A stretch of 64,000 nt of DNA from Lytechinus pictus (lineage: Eukaryota). Location of the stretch: the NCBI RefSeq assembly GCF_037042905.1, contig NC_087246.1:5024001-5088000 (forward strand), written 5' to 3'. Each line of letters begins with the position of its first letter. Positions within the stretch are counted from its first letter, which is position 1. The notes below the pieces were generated by a model. That model was not told the DNA's origin. It worked only from the letters and a program-made list of their open reading frames with translations, and searched no databases. Positions 12,095 through 55,033 of this stretch are shown one piece after another. The translations under genes were made by a program, and so were the position numbers.

Positions 12095-12415
12095 GTGAGG
12101 GTTCGTGTAGGCTCCTCCACTACACTTCACTACCTGCTAGACTATGCTACACCTTCCCAAACCGTTGGGGAACGTTGTTGGCGCTAATGCAGTTTCTCAC
12201 CGGCCAATTACCAGCATACCTCACCACCAGTAATTGTTCACAAATGTCACAACAAGTCTATCAGTCGCATTTCAAGGTCAATATACCCACCGCTCTTCCG
12301 AATATTGCGATCGGTAACGCCAACAGCTGTATTTCGGCTTTGATCTTGACATCGATCGTTCGAGTCCTCAGTCAGACATTGCTTTCGCTTGGCTTCGAAT
12401 TCGCCGCTTGCCATA

Positions 12416-12531
12416 ATGTTGATATGGACTGAAGTTAGGGACCAAAAGATTCACAGAGGCATGAGGCATGCTGGCAGTTTGTTCGCCGCATGTTCGCTGA
12501 TTTGGTCGCTAACTTCAGTCCATATCAACAT
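12416..12531. repeat. 31-bp inverted repeat with 54-nt spacer (tiny MITE or hairpin)
   Basis: 12416-12446 versus the reverse complement of 12501-12531: 30/31 identical. Confidence 0.9.
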
Positions 12532-12901
12532 GATATCAGACTTTTCTCCTCAAAATCCTAGGTATTTTTAGGAACAGTGATAAAATTTGCAAATGGTTAC
12601 ACTTACATTGCATCTTGCAATAGTCATGGATGGAAAGCATTGGCGCAGTTGATGGGCTGATTGAAATTCTGTATGCATGGCTCCAACTGTCTTAAAGAGT
12701 CAGAACGATCAGTCAGTTCACATTTTGAAACTGCTTTGTAACAAATAGCATGTTGTGCACTGTGCTGTTCAGTTGTGTGACAGTGAATTCCTTTTTGTTC
12801 CTCTTCCAGGTCCATGTGAATTCAGTAGTGGAGTGGAGTGGGATAGAATTAGTGGTAGATGAGCTTTGTGAAGAAGAGAATATCACATCAAACATTTCAC
12901 C

Positions 12902-13000
12902 ATGATACTAGAATACTGTCTGCTTGGTGCCAGTGCAGCTGCCACTGGACTCTTCTCGATATTCTGGCATAAGAAAGCAAGGACTCTAGCAGATGTTAAG
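12902..13000 (+). CDS. MUL1: MUL1 coding exon 1 (MILEYCLLGASAAATGLFSIFWHKKARTLADVK)
   Basis: ACCATGA start, TM helix, AAG|GTGAGG donor, phase 0. Confidence 0.85.
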
Positions 13001-16000
13001 GTGAGGTGTGATGCTGTCCATGAATAATGGGCCTTTAAGGTCAAGCCATCCCCAACAAAAGTTGATTTGAACAAATAGAGAGGAAATTCAGAGTAGCATA
13101 ATTCTGAAAAATTTGATAGAACAGGATGCACAGCACTGCAAATGAGAGAGCAAATCATGTCACACATTATTTTAATATTCAATTATTTATTTTGTATAAG
13201 TGCTGGGAAATATTTCAGTATTATCAAAATTATGCAATATTGAAAAAATATTGAATATTTGATAATGGTTTATGATCATGTTGCGGTAACACAATATTCC
13301 CAAAATATTGTTTATTATGAAAAGTTTATCACTATTATTTTATTGATACACAAATGCTACTCTGTACTGCTATAAACCATCTCAGAAATTTGAAAGTTGG
13401 TACCCAAATGCCCACTTTTCATGGAAAAGCACAGATGAAAGGCCTACTTTCACTTCCCCCTTTCCTACACTCGCAGAATTGCAGCTCATAAATTAACAAA
13501 TATGAATTTTAATACTCTGCGATATATCGGCCAGCACTCATTTACATTTCATAAATCATCATATTTCAAATTTTGCAGATTTGACAGTAAGGAATCTCTT
13601 AAAAAATGAATTCAAAATAAGTAATAAAAATGGTGTTTCCATATATTCAGGGATGAATGAATGAAACCCTGTTTGACATCATGAGAGAAAAAAAAACATA
13701 ATGAAATAGATAAGAAAATAGTGATTTGATGACATAATTTATTTCCCCATAGCACCCTTTGCAAAATAATTGTGAAATTTTAAGAGTAAGACAACACAAA
13801 AGCATATATATCTGTGTGGCATATTTGAAATTCTCCATAGATCAATGAAATACGATAGTCATTGAGGACATGGCATCCTTAGCTATAGCCTTTAATGGCC
13901 TTGGATTAGTATAAGCCCTGGGATTAGGTTTTCAATAATGAATCTGATTATGAGTAGCCAACATGATTTAACAACATTGTAGTCCTTAAATACATGACAG
14001 GTGCGATGACATCTGGGTTCCAATTTGAATTTGGGTGTATTGAAGTAAATTGAAATTCAATGCAATGGATTTGTATCAGCAGAATTTTCATTTAATAGAG
14101 TCGTGGATTTTCAAATTTAGAATGAACAGGTCTTTGTCAAGGAATTAATTTTTTTGCACAATGTGATAAAAACATTAAGTGATAAAAAAATCTTCAATAA
14201 TAGCATCCCATTATTAAATAAAGTTTCATGTGTTGTTATTATTTTTTGTAGTCTTTAGTTTGCTGATTCTCTATTTCTTAAAATTTGTACAGGATGCCCC
14301 TGTCTTGGAGCTGAATGAAGACCTTGCTAATATGCTTAGCACCACACCAAACCAGACTATCCCTTATGCTGTCATAGAAGGTAACATCAAAGCAGTGGAA
14401 CAGTCTATCAAGAGTGAATATGTAGTAGGGGTCGTAGGGGTCATTCAGACGCTATTATGTAGAGAGCACAAGACAGAGTGGAGCAAATCAACAAGATTAT
14501 GGTAAGTAATGATCAAGTGATCAATCGTAAGAAGTGTACATGGGGGCTAGGAAAAATGCTAAAGCCAGGGAATTATGCTGCATTTTTGAAGAAATAGTAT
14601 GGACCAGTGATAAAGGAAGCAGGGGTGGCGGAATGAAGTTGAAAGTGGGGGGTGGGGTTAAGGGATAAAAGAGCAAAGAAAAAATAAACACAATCTACCC
14701 CAATATGAATGACAGAATGCAGAAGTGTTCAAATTCCATGAAAGTAAAAGCGTGTGGGTTCGGGCATCGAAAAGTATTTTTATTTGGGGGGAATATATAT
14801 AAAAAAGACACTTATATTAAGTCAAAAGGGGACTTAACCCTATCTTAAATGGGCTATTTCGGACCAACTTAATGCTGGGGGGGGGTCAATTTCTTCTCAG
14901 GTGAAGGGGCACAGAACATGTTCGTGGGGGCACTTTTCTTAGGGAAAAGGGGCACTGATACAAGAAAGGGCACCTATAAGAAAGCAAAGGGGCACTTGCT
15001 AACGGCATAAAACGGGTCCTTATCAGGTGAAAGGGGCACAGAACACGTTCGTGAGGGGGATTTTTTGTAAATTTGGCACAGATACGAGATATGGCATTTG
15101 GTAACATCTAAAACAGGTCCTCTTCCGATGAAAGGGGCACAGTACACGTTTGTGAGGGGGCCTTTTTCTTGCGTTAAAAAGGGCACTCTTTAAGTGCTTC
15201 AAAAAGTGGAGGGGCACTGTGCCCCCGGCCCCCCAGGATCGTCGCCCCAACATGAATTGAATTGAATTTATTAGAACGTTACTGGCATTCACCAATATTT
15301 TGTTCAAAACAAGAAGTACAAAATAATACAAAACAAATATACAATTCAAGGAATATAAGCAGATAAACAAAAAGCATGTAAGATTTATAGAAAGCTTTAT
15401 AAGCTTTGTAGAAGCTTTACATAAAGCTTAACATGTAAGCTTTATAGAAATGGAAATTTTGATTTTGTTACTCTTGTCTTGTGGTCTATGCTGGCGCTAA
15501 TTGCAACTCTGAATTTTATTTAGTGTGTTAAAAAGGTATAGAAAAATTCTTCACCATGGAATGATTGTTTGTTGAAGAAGAAGTGATCATTGGAAAATTC
15601 CATCATGAAAGACACTGAAGAAAACATAAACATCCAGCCATGTAATCAGGGAAAAAGATGGAGAGAGAGACCATAGTTTGCCTCTCTTGAGGGCACTGCA
15701 AGATGAGAGGCCAAATGAAGAAAATGAATGAATGAAGAAGGAAATATTTTACAATATGAAATACATAGCAAATAAAAGAGAATTAACTTCCAGGTAAAAA
15801 ATGTGCAGATTAAGTAAAGTGTTGGGTAAATTTCATTTTGAAAACAAAAAAAAAATTGTTAGGAAAATTTTATGGGCAAGTGCCCCCCCCCCCCCCGATC
15901 ACCACCCCTGAAAGGAAGTTTTAAACACTTGATAACACTTAACATTTCCCTATTAATGTTGCCTGGATCAGACTAAGTAGCACAACGTGGCGTGATTGAA

Positions 16001-16867
16001 CGAAATAAAAAATATATTATATGAGGAAGCAAAATGGTAAAAAAAAACAGGAGAAGCTGGAATCAACAGTGCACTTTCAAGACTGAATAAAAAAGTTCCA
16101 TTAATTAAATTATTGTATGCAAATGTTTTATGCTTGGCTACAGGTATGACACAACACGGTTGATCCGAGACACCACAAGGCAGGTCCCTTTTGATGTAGC
16201 ACGTGGTAATGTAGTTGTAGGTGTTGAAGATGCCCTTGTGGCTACTGGTCTAGAACTGGAAACCATCCATGACAAGTTCTTCCCCTACAACACTTCCTTA
16301 GGAAACAATATCCTCAGTTGGGCCAGCGGAGAAAAGACCAAAGGTTTCCAAGAAATTGAACGTATGCTCCCAGAGGGTGCTCTATTAACTGGAGTAGGAG
16401 AGCTAGCCATTGTTAATGGTAAGATGATGTTAAGACCACCAACAACTGGATTGGACTACATACTCTCTTTGTCAGGACAGTCTGGCATTCTACGAGAACT
16501 GAGATCCAAACTGCGTCGGTGGAAAGTTCTAGTGGCTATTTGTGGATCAGCAACAGTTGTCATGCTATGTATTGTTGTATGGAAGTGGTTTAAGAGGTAC
16601 CAAGAGCAACGTAATTATGACCTGTATGTCCAACGAGTCATTCAGCAACGGGCAGAACAGGCAGAAGGGTCCAATGTGGATGATCTCCATGGTAGATATC
16701 AAGAAATGAATTCCTGTGCTATCTGTCTCTCCCGACCTAGGGACTGTGTACTCCTGAACTGCGGGCATGTATGCGCATGCTCAGAATGTGCAATCGCTCT
16801 CCAACCCCCTCAATGCCCTATATGCAGAGACAGGATAGCTAGGATTGTACCACTTTATCATGCATGA
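12902..16867 (+). CDS. MUL1: Mitochondrial E3 ubiquitin/SUMO ligase MUL1 (MAPL/GIDE), join(12902..13000,14293..14501,16144..16867), ~343 aa
   Basis: N-terminal hydrophobic helix, GIDE domain (PYAVIEG, EHK..W, VPF, GEKTKGFQEIERML..G..LTGVGEL), second TM helix and C-terminal C3HC4 RING (CAIC..CGHVCACSEC..CPICR..IVPLYHA). GT-AG introns have matching phases 0 and 2. Confidence 0.95.
14293..14501 (+). CDS. MUL1: MUL1 coding exon 2 (DAPVLEL...KSTRL)
   Basis: TACAG| acceptor, TG|GTAAGT donor, phase 2. Confidence 0.92.
14620..15910. mobile_element. hAT-like non-autonomous element in MUL1 intron
   Basis: TIRs CAGGGGTGG / CCACCCCTG and a perfect 8-bp TSD AAAGGAAG (14612-14619 and 15911-15918). Contains a GGGGCAC repeat block and an AAGCTT cluster. 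Confidence 0.85.
16144..16867 (+). CDS. MUL1: MUL1 last coding exon (GIDE C-terminal half, TM2, RING)
   Basis: TACAG| acceptor, open frame to TGA at 16865-16867. Confidence 0.95.
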
Positions 16868-18842
16868 TGTTAACCTATGTCGTATTGTTTATTTTATGTC
16901 ACATAATTCAGTGTTGAATGCATTCTGGAGCAATCACCAGTGTAGACTTAGGTTTATCTTGTTCTAATATTGGTTTTAATACCTGTAAAGCTTGATTTAT
17001 TTCTAATTGTCTTTGCATTCATCAGCATTAGGCTTGATGTGCATCAAAGGCTTAACTTAAGAATTCAAGAACAAGGATTAATTGTGTTGCAGTGTAACAG
17101 TATTACAATTCATTAATTTATACTCTTGATTATGATAAATTTTGCAGCTTCCTAAAAAAAACCTCTGTGCTATCAAAAGTCAAACTCTACTCATTTAATA
17201 GTTTACATATTGCCATGCCTTTTGAACTCGCCCCATTTGTGTTAAACCCCTCACTCAAACAAACTATATGATTGTGCACTAATTGGAATAAAAATGGTGA
17301 TAACTTGCAAAATTAAATATTTAAGAGTGAAATATTTGAATTTTGATTACCATCACATACTTTATTTTGAACATCCATGAATTTTCTTTTCATTGCCCAC
17401 ACCAAAAATTACTTACCTTATTTATATTGCTTATAAATGAAAATCCCGAAGAGATGATACCATTTTTAGGTTATTTGTTCATTAAATGAAATTTTTATAT
17501 GCAAATTTATGAAAATTTTGAACATGAAAAACTGACATGTTGATCTCTCTCTTAAATTCTAACAAAAAATGTATAAGTGAACCTCTATTATGTGTAGAGC
17601 TGTATTGTTATACATGTACCTGTTCAATTAAGCTATAAAAAAAAGATTAAAATCAACTCTCTAGCCCCTTGTATACCAAAGCTAGATTATGTTTCACACA
17701 AGAAATGCAATGGTCCCATAGATTCTCCTGTAATTTATACTGCTTCTGCTGCCCCTCAAACACTAATATTTCATAGTAATGAGAAAAATGTCATAAATTT
17801 ATGTGCATAATTATGAGCTCATACTACATGTATCAGATGACAATACCCTTCTGTTCAGTCAAAATAGTATGCTTCTCTCTGAGGATTGTTAAATTTTTGT
17901 ATTTTTATACAATAGATTTTAAGATTTTCTTAATTAATTGTCATTTATAATCAAAGAACCATGTGCAGAGTATATTAAAGCTGATCACTGAGAACAAATT
18001 TCTCTAATTCCACCAAAGTTAGCCATGTTTAATGCATGAAATGCATAGCTGCATAGAGTGTAACACCCTTCCCCATGCTCAACTACCCTCACCCATATCC
18101 ATTTAATCAGTCACAGCATCCCAAATTCATGTGTTTATGCCATAATCCATAAGTCCATGTATAGTGTGGTTATACAGACATGATAGAGTATAAGCTTTCA
18201 GAGGACAACAATTTAAGGACAATACCTCTTGTTTATAAAGTGAGATACATGTTTCATGTGTTGAAGAGAACAATCTTTTTTTGGTGTGAATAAAAAACAA
18301 CCCATGACCCTATAGTGAAAATTTTGTATTATCATTTATTACTTTACGACTTTGTCAACTATTCTACATTTCCTTATGAACTATTAACTATCTTCACAGT
18401 TACTATGTCATATATATAGTATTTTAAAAAAGTCCTTAAATCTTGAAAAACTGGAATGTCAAGTTTCCAGATCTGCAAATACCAGAACTTGACAAACTAT
18501 CATCCTGCTCTATCTTGAGCAACTGTCACAAAAGCACTCTTTTCTTGTATTCTCTGTTACAGTATACACTCTTTATTGCAATGCCATTAGCCAATTCATA
18601 TTATTACTACATGTACCTACATGTATTTGCAGAATTTTGAGATTATAACCTGTTTCACATTTTTAATGTGTATATAGCTGTAGTTCTTTCAGACTTGTCC
18701 ATGCCATGTACACATGTATATATGTGCATATAAGGCACCCCAGATTATCTCCTATTAGATATTTTACTAGAAACATGATTAAGTATACATGTACATGCAC
18801 AATAAGATATCACAGATACAGGCTACCTCAATATTGGTGTGT

Positions 18843-19620
18843 TTAAAGAAACCCTTGGAGCAAGTTTAGCTTGTATGAAAACAAAAAATCAAAGAATATA
18901 AAGATCAGTGAAAGTTCAAGAATAATTTGACAATCAATAAGACGGTGATGAAGATATGAATGTTTAAATCACTAAAATGCTATTGAGATCCTCTCATTGG
19001 CAATGCAACCAAGGTTTGTGATGTCACAAGTGTAGCTCTTCACTTTGTACACTAAAAATATACCTCAATTTTTTGCTCATTTTTCCAAATTTACAAACTC
19101 TTGTCTATGATGTAATTTTATGGAACCCCTGTAACATGTCCTATCTCGCATGAAAAACACCAAACTTTGAATGAAAATTTATGCTATGTTTATTTCACAT
19201 GAAAATACTACAGTGGATTCACCTGGATGTGGTATGGGTAAGTGCGGTCCGCGGACTACAGTTATTTGGTTAACTTTGCCCAATGCCTCGCAGCTCATCC
19301 AGGTGAATCCAGTGTTTCATTATTTTTGTGTTACTGTATTATTGTTGTGTTATTGTAATAGTTATTTTTTATCATTGTATTTGACTTGTTTGATATTCTG
19401 CCAAATAAAATAATAATAATGAATTATAAAACAAACAAACACCTAATCTGTGGATAGACTTGGTACAAATGGCATTGTATGTAAAATGTGTCGAAAATCC
19501 ATTTTTTAGTTTTAGAACTGTGACATCACATTACGCATGTTGGTCACATTGCCAATGGGAGGATCCATATTATGATTGGTGATGTCAACATTCAAATGCT
19601 CATAACATTCTTATTAACTC
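18843..19620. mobile_element. Degenerate copy of the fold-back element at 37235-37816, with an internal retroposon-like tail (~19200-19425)
   Basis: Shares GAGATCCTC..ATTGGCAATGC..TGTGATGTCACA and its inverse TGTGACATCACA..CATTGCCAAT..TTCAAATGCTCATAAC. Confidence 0.65.
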
Positions 19621-20416
19621 TATGTTTGCTAAGCTATGAACCCCTCTGTGCTGAATTATTTTCAGGGAGGGGTCAGGAACGGTAAACAAAATAGACTTGC
19701 TCAATTCAACTCAATATTTTGAGGGGAAATGTTTCTCAGCAAAGTTGTAGAGAAATTCACAAGCTTTCTGACTTTAATATTTTTTGGAAAATATTGATCA
19801 GAAATTGGTAAATAATGCCTAATAATAATTTCACATACATATGGTATTATTATGGTAAAGGATAAATACAATGGATTGACTGTTTGAGCGTGAAATGCAA
19901 AGTTAGCGCGGCACTGAGTGTACATTGGTGCAAACTACACATGGAAAGAGTTAATTGATCAATTAACTTTAATTAATTTTTTTCTTTGATGTTTCCGTTT
20001 TTGCACCAGCTTACTTATTCCCAGGGTTTTATTCTTCTTTTCTTTGGTGTTAAACGGGCATGAATTATAACTGTGTGCTTTTTTCTGCTTGGATGAACTT
20101 TTTGAAGTTGTACACTGCAATGGAAATTTTAGCATTTGTGCTTACAAGGAAAATAAGTCATATGATGTGTAGCATTTATAGCTAGTAGCATTTAATTCAT
20201 ATGAATTGCAATATTTGCTGTGCATCCTATTACCTTGATAATTATATTTTCAAAGAAACAGACACCAGTGCCGTAACATAAAGCATGTCAATCAACCATG
20301 CAGTTGATTTGTACAATTAATTATGCATATAATGTGATATTCATCCCTGTGGTCATTTTGTTAGGCTTTTTCTTTGTATTGTTCTGTGATTACATTTTTT
20401 TGGGGTCATATTATAC

Positions 20417-20690
20417 ATCATTGGCGTCCTTTGGCCAGGAGTCAATCCACACTTTGCCACTCTCAACCCAGGGGTTGAATGGGTACTCGGTAGGACGCGA
20501 AAACCTATGTAGTATGCATAGCAAATGAGTTTAAAACTCTTGTTGGAGTGCTCCCAAGGGAGTGGAGAAATTGTATACATTTTGGGTGGCATGCCAGGAT
20601 TCGATGACCAGGGTAGTAATAATTGCAATGTAAAGCACTTGGAAACAAAGTGTAATAAGCCCTATATAAATGTAACTATTATAATTATTA
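20417..20690 (+). mobile_element. SINE remnant (conserved central domain plus L2-like tail)
   Basis: GTCCTTTGGCCAGG..CTCTCAACCCAGGGGTTGAATGGGTAC core-like motif. The tail GTAAAGCACTTGGAAAC..TAAGCCCTATATAAAT is followed by (TAT)-rich repeats. Confidence 0.6.
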
Positions 20691-21326
20691 TATCTGTTTT
20701 TCTGGATAAGCACAAAGATTTTGTTTAAATTCTCACTTTGTAAAGTCTCTTTGTTTTCAAATTTCACTGAAGCTTTCAGGGATGCAGTGGTCAAATACAC
20801 TAGAATGTTTCTTATTCTATTTGGAATTAATGAATGAATAAAAAATGAATTGAAATTCATGGTATTCTGGTATTTTCTTGCTTAGATTAAAGGTCCAAGT
20901 GCACTTTGTTAGCAGCTCATTAAAGAAATTCTCAAACTTAGATGAAACTTACAAGTGTATGAGTACTTGTATCTTTCCTCAAAAGTACTGAAACAAACCA
21001 TAACATGCAATGGAAACTATGAATTGGCCACAGGATTTAGAGTTGTGCTCAAAAGTTAGCGAACCCCATCACAAAATTTGCTGAATGTTGAATGTAGACA
21101 ACAACAACACTACAATGCTTCGTGAGCCTAGAGAAACGATCTTTGCAATATTTTATCACCCGAGTTCATGATTACATGTAAGTATCTAAAACATGGCAGA
21201 AGTTAAAAACTTTAAATATGTTCATTTTCTCATGGAGTTCACTAACTTTTAAGCACCACTGTATAATTAGCCTAATTCTGAATCAACATGGTTGTACTGG
21301 AGAATACTTGTTTTCAAAGATGTTAA

Positions 21327-21923
21327 AGGGGAATCCAGCCTTGGCCATTAAATGTTGTGTTGGGAAGGAGAAAAATAAATTAAACAGAATGGTGAAAGTT
21401 TGAAAGAAATCGGACAAGCAATAAGAAAGTTATAGCTGCTTTAAAATTGAGATCACTAATACTATGTAGATTTCAAATTGGCAACTGGATAAGTAAATTA
21501 TGACAAGGGGCAAGGACAACTTTCCCATAGGCCATGTACTTTATTATCAGGGATTAGTGGTTTTCTCCTAAGTACCCATTCCCCTGGGGCAGTAATCTAA
21601 ATATAACCCAGGTAGTATATTGTTTTATGTCCTCATGAAAGAAAAATATTAATTTGAAATAAAACTTTTGGGAAAAAATCACATTTTCGCCATAATATGA
21701 ATTGGAGTACATGGAAGAGTAGTCCTTGCCTTACATCACTATGACATCCCATATGCAGCCAATTTGAAGTCTCCATGGGTACAGTGATTACCAATATTTA
21801 CAACTTTTAAAAATTCATAACTTTTTTGTTGTTTGTCCAATATTGTTCAAACTTTCACCTATCAACTTGTCTGATTTTTCTTTTCCTTATAAAAACAATT
21901 TTTTATTTGGGTTGGATTCCCCT
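21327..21923. mobile_element. TTAA-flanked fold-back MITE (Kolobok-like)
   Basis: TTAA|AGGGGAATCCA ... TGGATTCCCCT|TTAA, with long imperfect inverted arms (GGTGAAAGTTTGAA / TTCAAACTTTCACC). Confidence 0.8.
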
Positions 21924-24319
21924 TTAAGGTCAAACCATGGTTGTGTTTAGCAACTATTAACTGGACATAAAATAAAGTTCAAAATGCAAACATGAAATGT
22001 TGAAAATGCTGCAATTTGAAAAGTAGTCAGCTGCAGAAAGACATTAACAATGGATTGTATAGTTCTCAATGATAAGTCATGATTCTACAATATATCTTCT
22101 GGCTGGTTGAGATATCTATTTCATGTTGTCCAAGTTGACCTATACTTCATTGGTCAAACTTTGCCATGAATGAGCTTGCTGTAAAGGAGAAACAGATACA
22201 ATTTGTGTAAAATATGATTGAATGATGGACCCTTATAACCATGTTTTTTGTTTGCATTTTGATTTACATTTCATGTTTATGATGCTTGCTTAAAATTGAA
22301 TGCACCATAAGCGAAGGAAATATTTCAAAGCATCAGTTTTTTAAGGATGTGTCTAGCTATGATATGATTTCCTCATATCATTAGGTTCTGAAAATATTAT
22401 ATTAAGTAACTTGTATAATTCTTTTTTAAATATGGGCATTACACTATAAATTGATTACAGTAACCAAAGAAACCTAAAAAATCTTAATAGTCATTTTCTC
22501 TTTAATTCAGTTGTGGAGATCTAGGTTGTATCATTGTGTGACTGTATATAATTTTCATTGAACATAAAAATGAAATTACATGCACAAAGAAATTAAAAGA
22601 CATTTGGGGGTCAGTCAAAAGTGTTATTAGAGGGGGTACTCCAGGCTAAATTTAATATGAATTCATCTAATAACATAAGAAAAATGAAAGTGGAGACGGG
22701 GCATCATTAGCCTACCTATTGCATGAAAGCATGTTTTGCTAAACTTTAGAATTAAAAAAAAATTGTTATATGTTTTGATTTTGGTGAAATTAACAGCATT
22801 TGGCCTGGTAAATTTTACTCTATTGATATAGATATAATTATTTTTGGCCAGGAGTACCTGTTTAAATCTGAGAAGCATGGTAGAAAAGTAAAAAGAGAAG
22901 GGGGGGGGGTGAGAGGAAGTAGGGGAATGGAGAAAGAGAAAGGGAGTGGAGATGAGAGAATAAGACAGAAAATGCAATGAGGAGACAAAATAGTATTAAA
23001 GAGAGCATGTGGGGACAAAGAATTTTTTTAAAATCATCATTCATTATTATTCATTTATCAATTCTCTAAATACAACAAAGTTGCTGGTCCTCTAGATATG
23101 AGGAGTCTATAAAAAACAAAGTGAGAAAATTCATTACAAATGAAAAATGCTGCATACTATCCCTTAAAAAGAAAAAAAAATGGGAAAAAACTCCCAATAC
23201 CAACCATTGGGGTTATGCAATATGTTAGACCATTTATCTTTTACTGAAACATGCTGGTCTTGAACATTTAGTTTGGCGTGAGAATTGCAAAACTTTGCAC
23301 TTTGAAAATGAAAATAAGGAGATAATGAAAAATGGAGAGAGAATGTAGAAGAAAGAAAAAAGGGGATAAAATTAAAATAAAAAGATGCGCTAGAGATGGA
23401 GGGAGGAAAATCATACAATATACGTTTGAAAATCAACTATGAAATAAAGACACTAGTAGAGGGTTCTTTTCAAAGAAATCAGCAGACCTACTTTGGGGCC
23501 TATTTAATATTCAAGGATTGAGGTTGCAATGTGTACATGTGTAAAAATAATATTTTTTGCATTTTTTTAGGAGGGGGCAGATGACAGGTAAAACAGTAAG
23601 AGAAGGAAATTCATGTCAAATAGCACTGACTGCTATTTTAAAGAAACCAAGATGGCAGGGAAGATGCCGGGAGAAAATGCTTGCCCAATTAGAAAAGTAA
23701 AATTCATCACAGGATATACTTCATGCACCTCCCTTTTACGATTAGTAGGACCTACCATTCTTATAAGCCAAATATTTTGGTGGCTATAGAGCTGTAAGAA
23801 AGTCACTTAGGAAAGTTTTGAGGTCAACAATTATAGGGCCTTGTGGATCTCAATATGCCTTTCTCACTATTCTCAGACTGAAATAGTATAGGGACTACAT
23901 ACTGTGCAGGTTACATTCTATTCAAATTCATTTTCAAATTCCACTTGTTTTTAATTTAAAAAAAGAATAATTGTTGTTTTATTGAACAAATCAAAATAAT
24001 CTTATACAATATTTACACAATCATGACAATTGGAAAGAATGTGAATAAGAGGGGAAAATGGAAATGAAATAAAATTCCTTATTTTGAACGTATACAGATA
24101 TGATACAAATCACAAGTTTTTCTTTCTGTTATCTATTTTAGGTTCTGCAATCTCTATCAAAAGTTGATTTGGCACATATACAAATATAAGAGCAATCCGA
24201 GAAATATCTGATAATCATTTTCAAATATCTTTTGATGGGTCTGGAGAAACAGGGGCAGGGGAGGGGGTAAGAGGTCAGGATCAGGATGGGTTAAAGTCGG
24301 GGTTAAAGTGCAGCCACAT

Positions 24320-24490
24320 ATCATGTGACGCGACGGTAATTGACCAATCCGATGAAGGATCTCGCATATCCTCAAAACCTCTCGAAACGCGATGACGCCA
24401 CTTCCAATTAAGACGTAGGGCCTAGGCCCTAGTTAATATTTCTGATTACGGCAAATTTGAATCAAGCAAGGTCAACATTCCGCTTGTGTA
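24320..24490 (+). promoter_or_regulatory. Probable TRIM37 promoter / 5' UTR
   Basis: CpG-enriched, with GTGACGC and ATGACGC (CRE-like), CCAAT and CACTTCC immediately upstream of the ATG at 24491. Confidence 0.55.
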
Positions 24491-55033
<30,543 letters not shown>

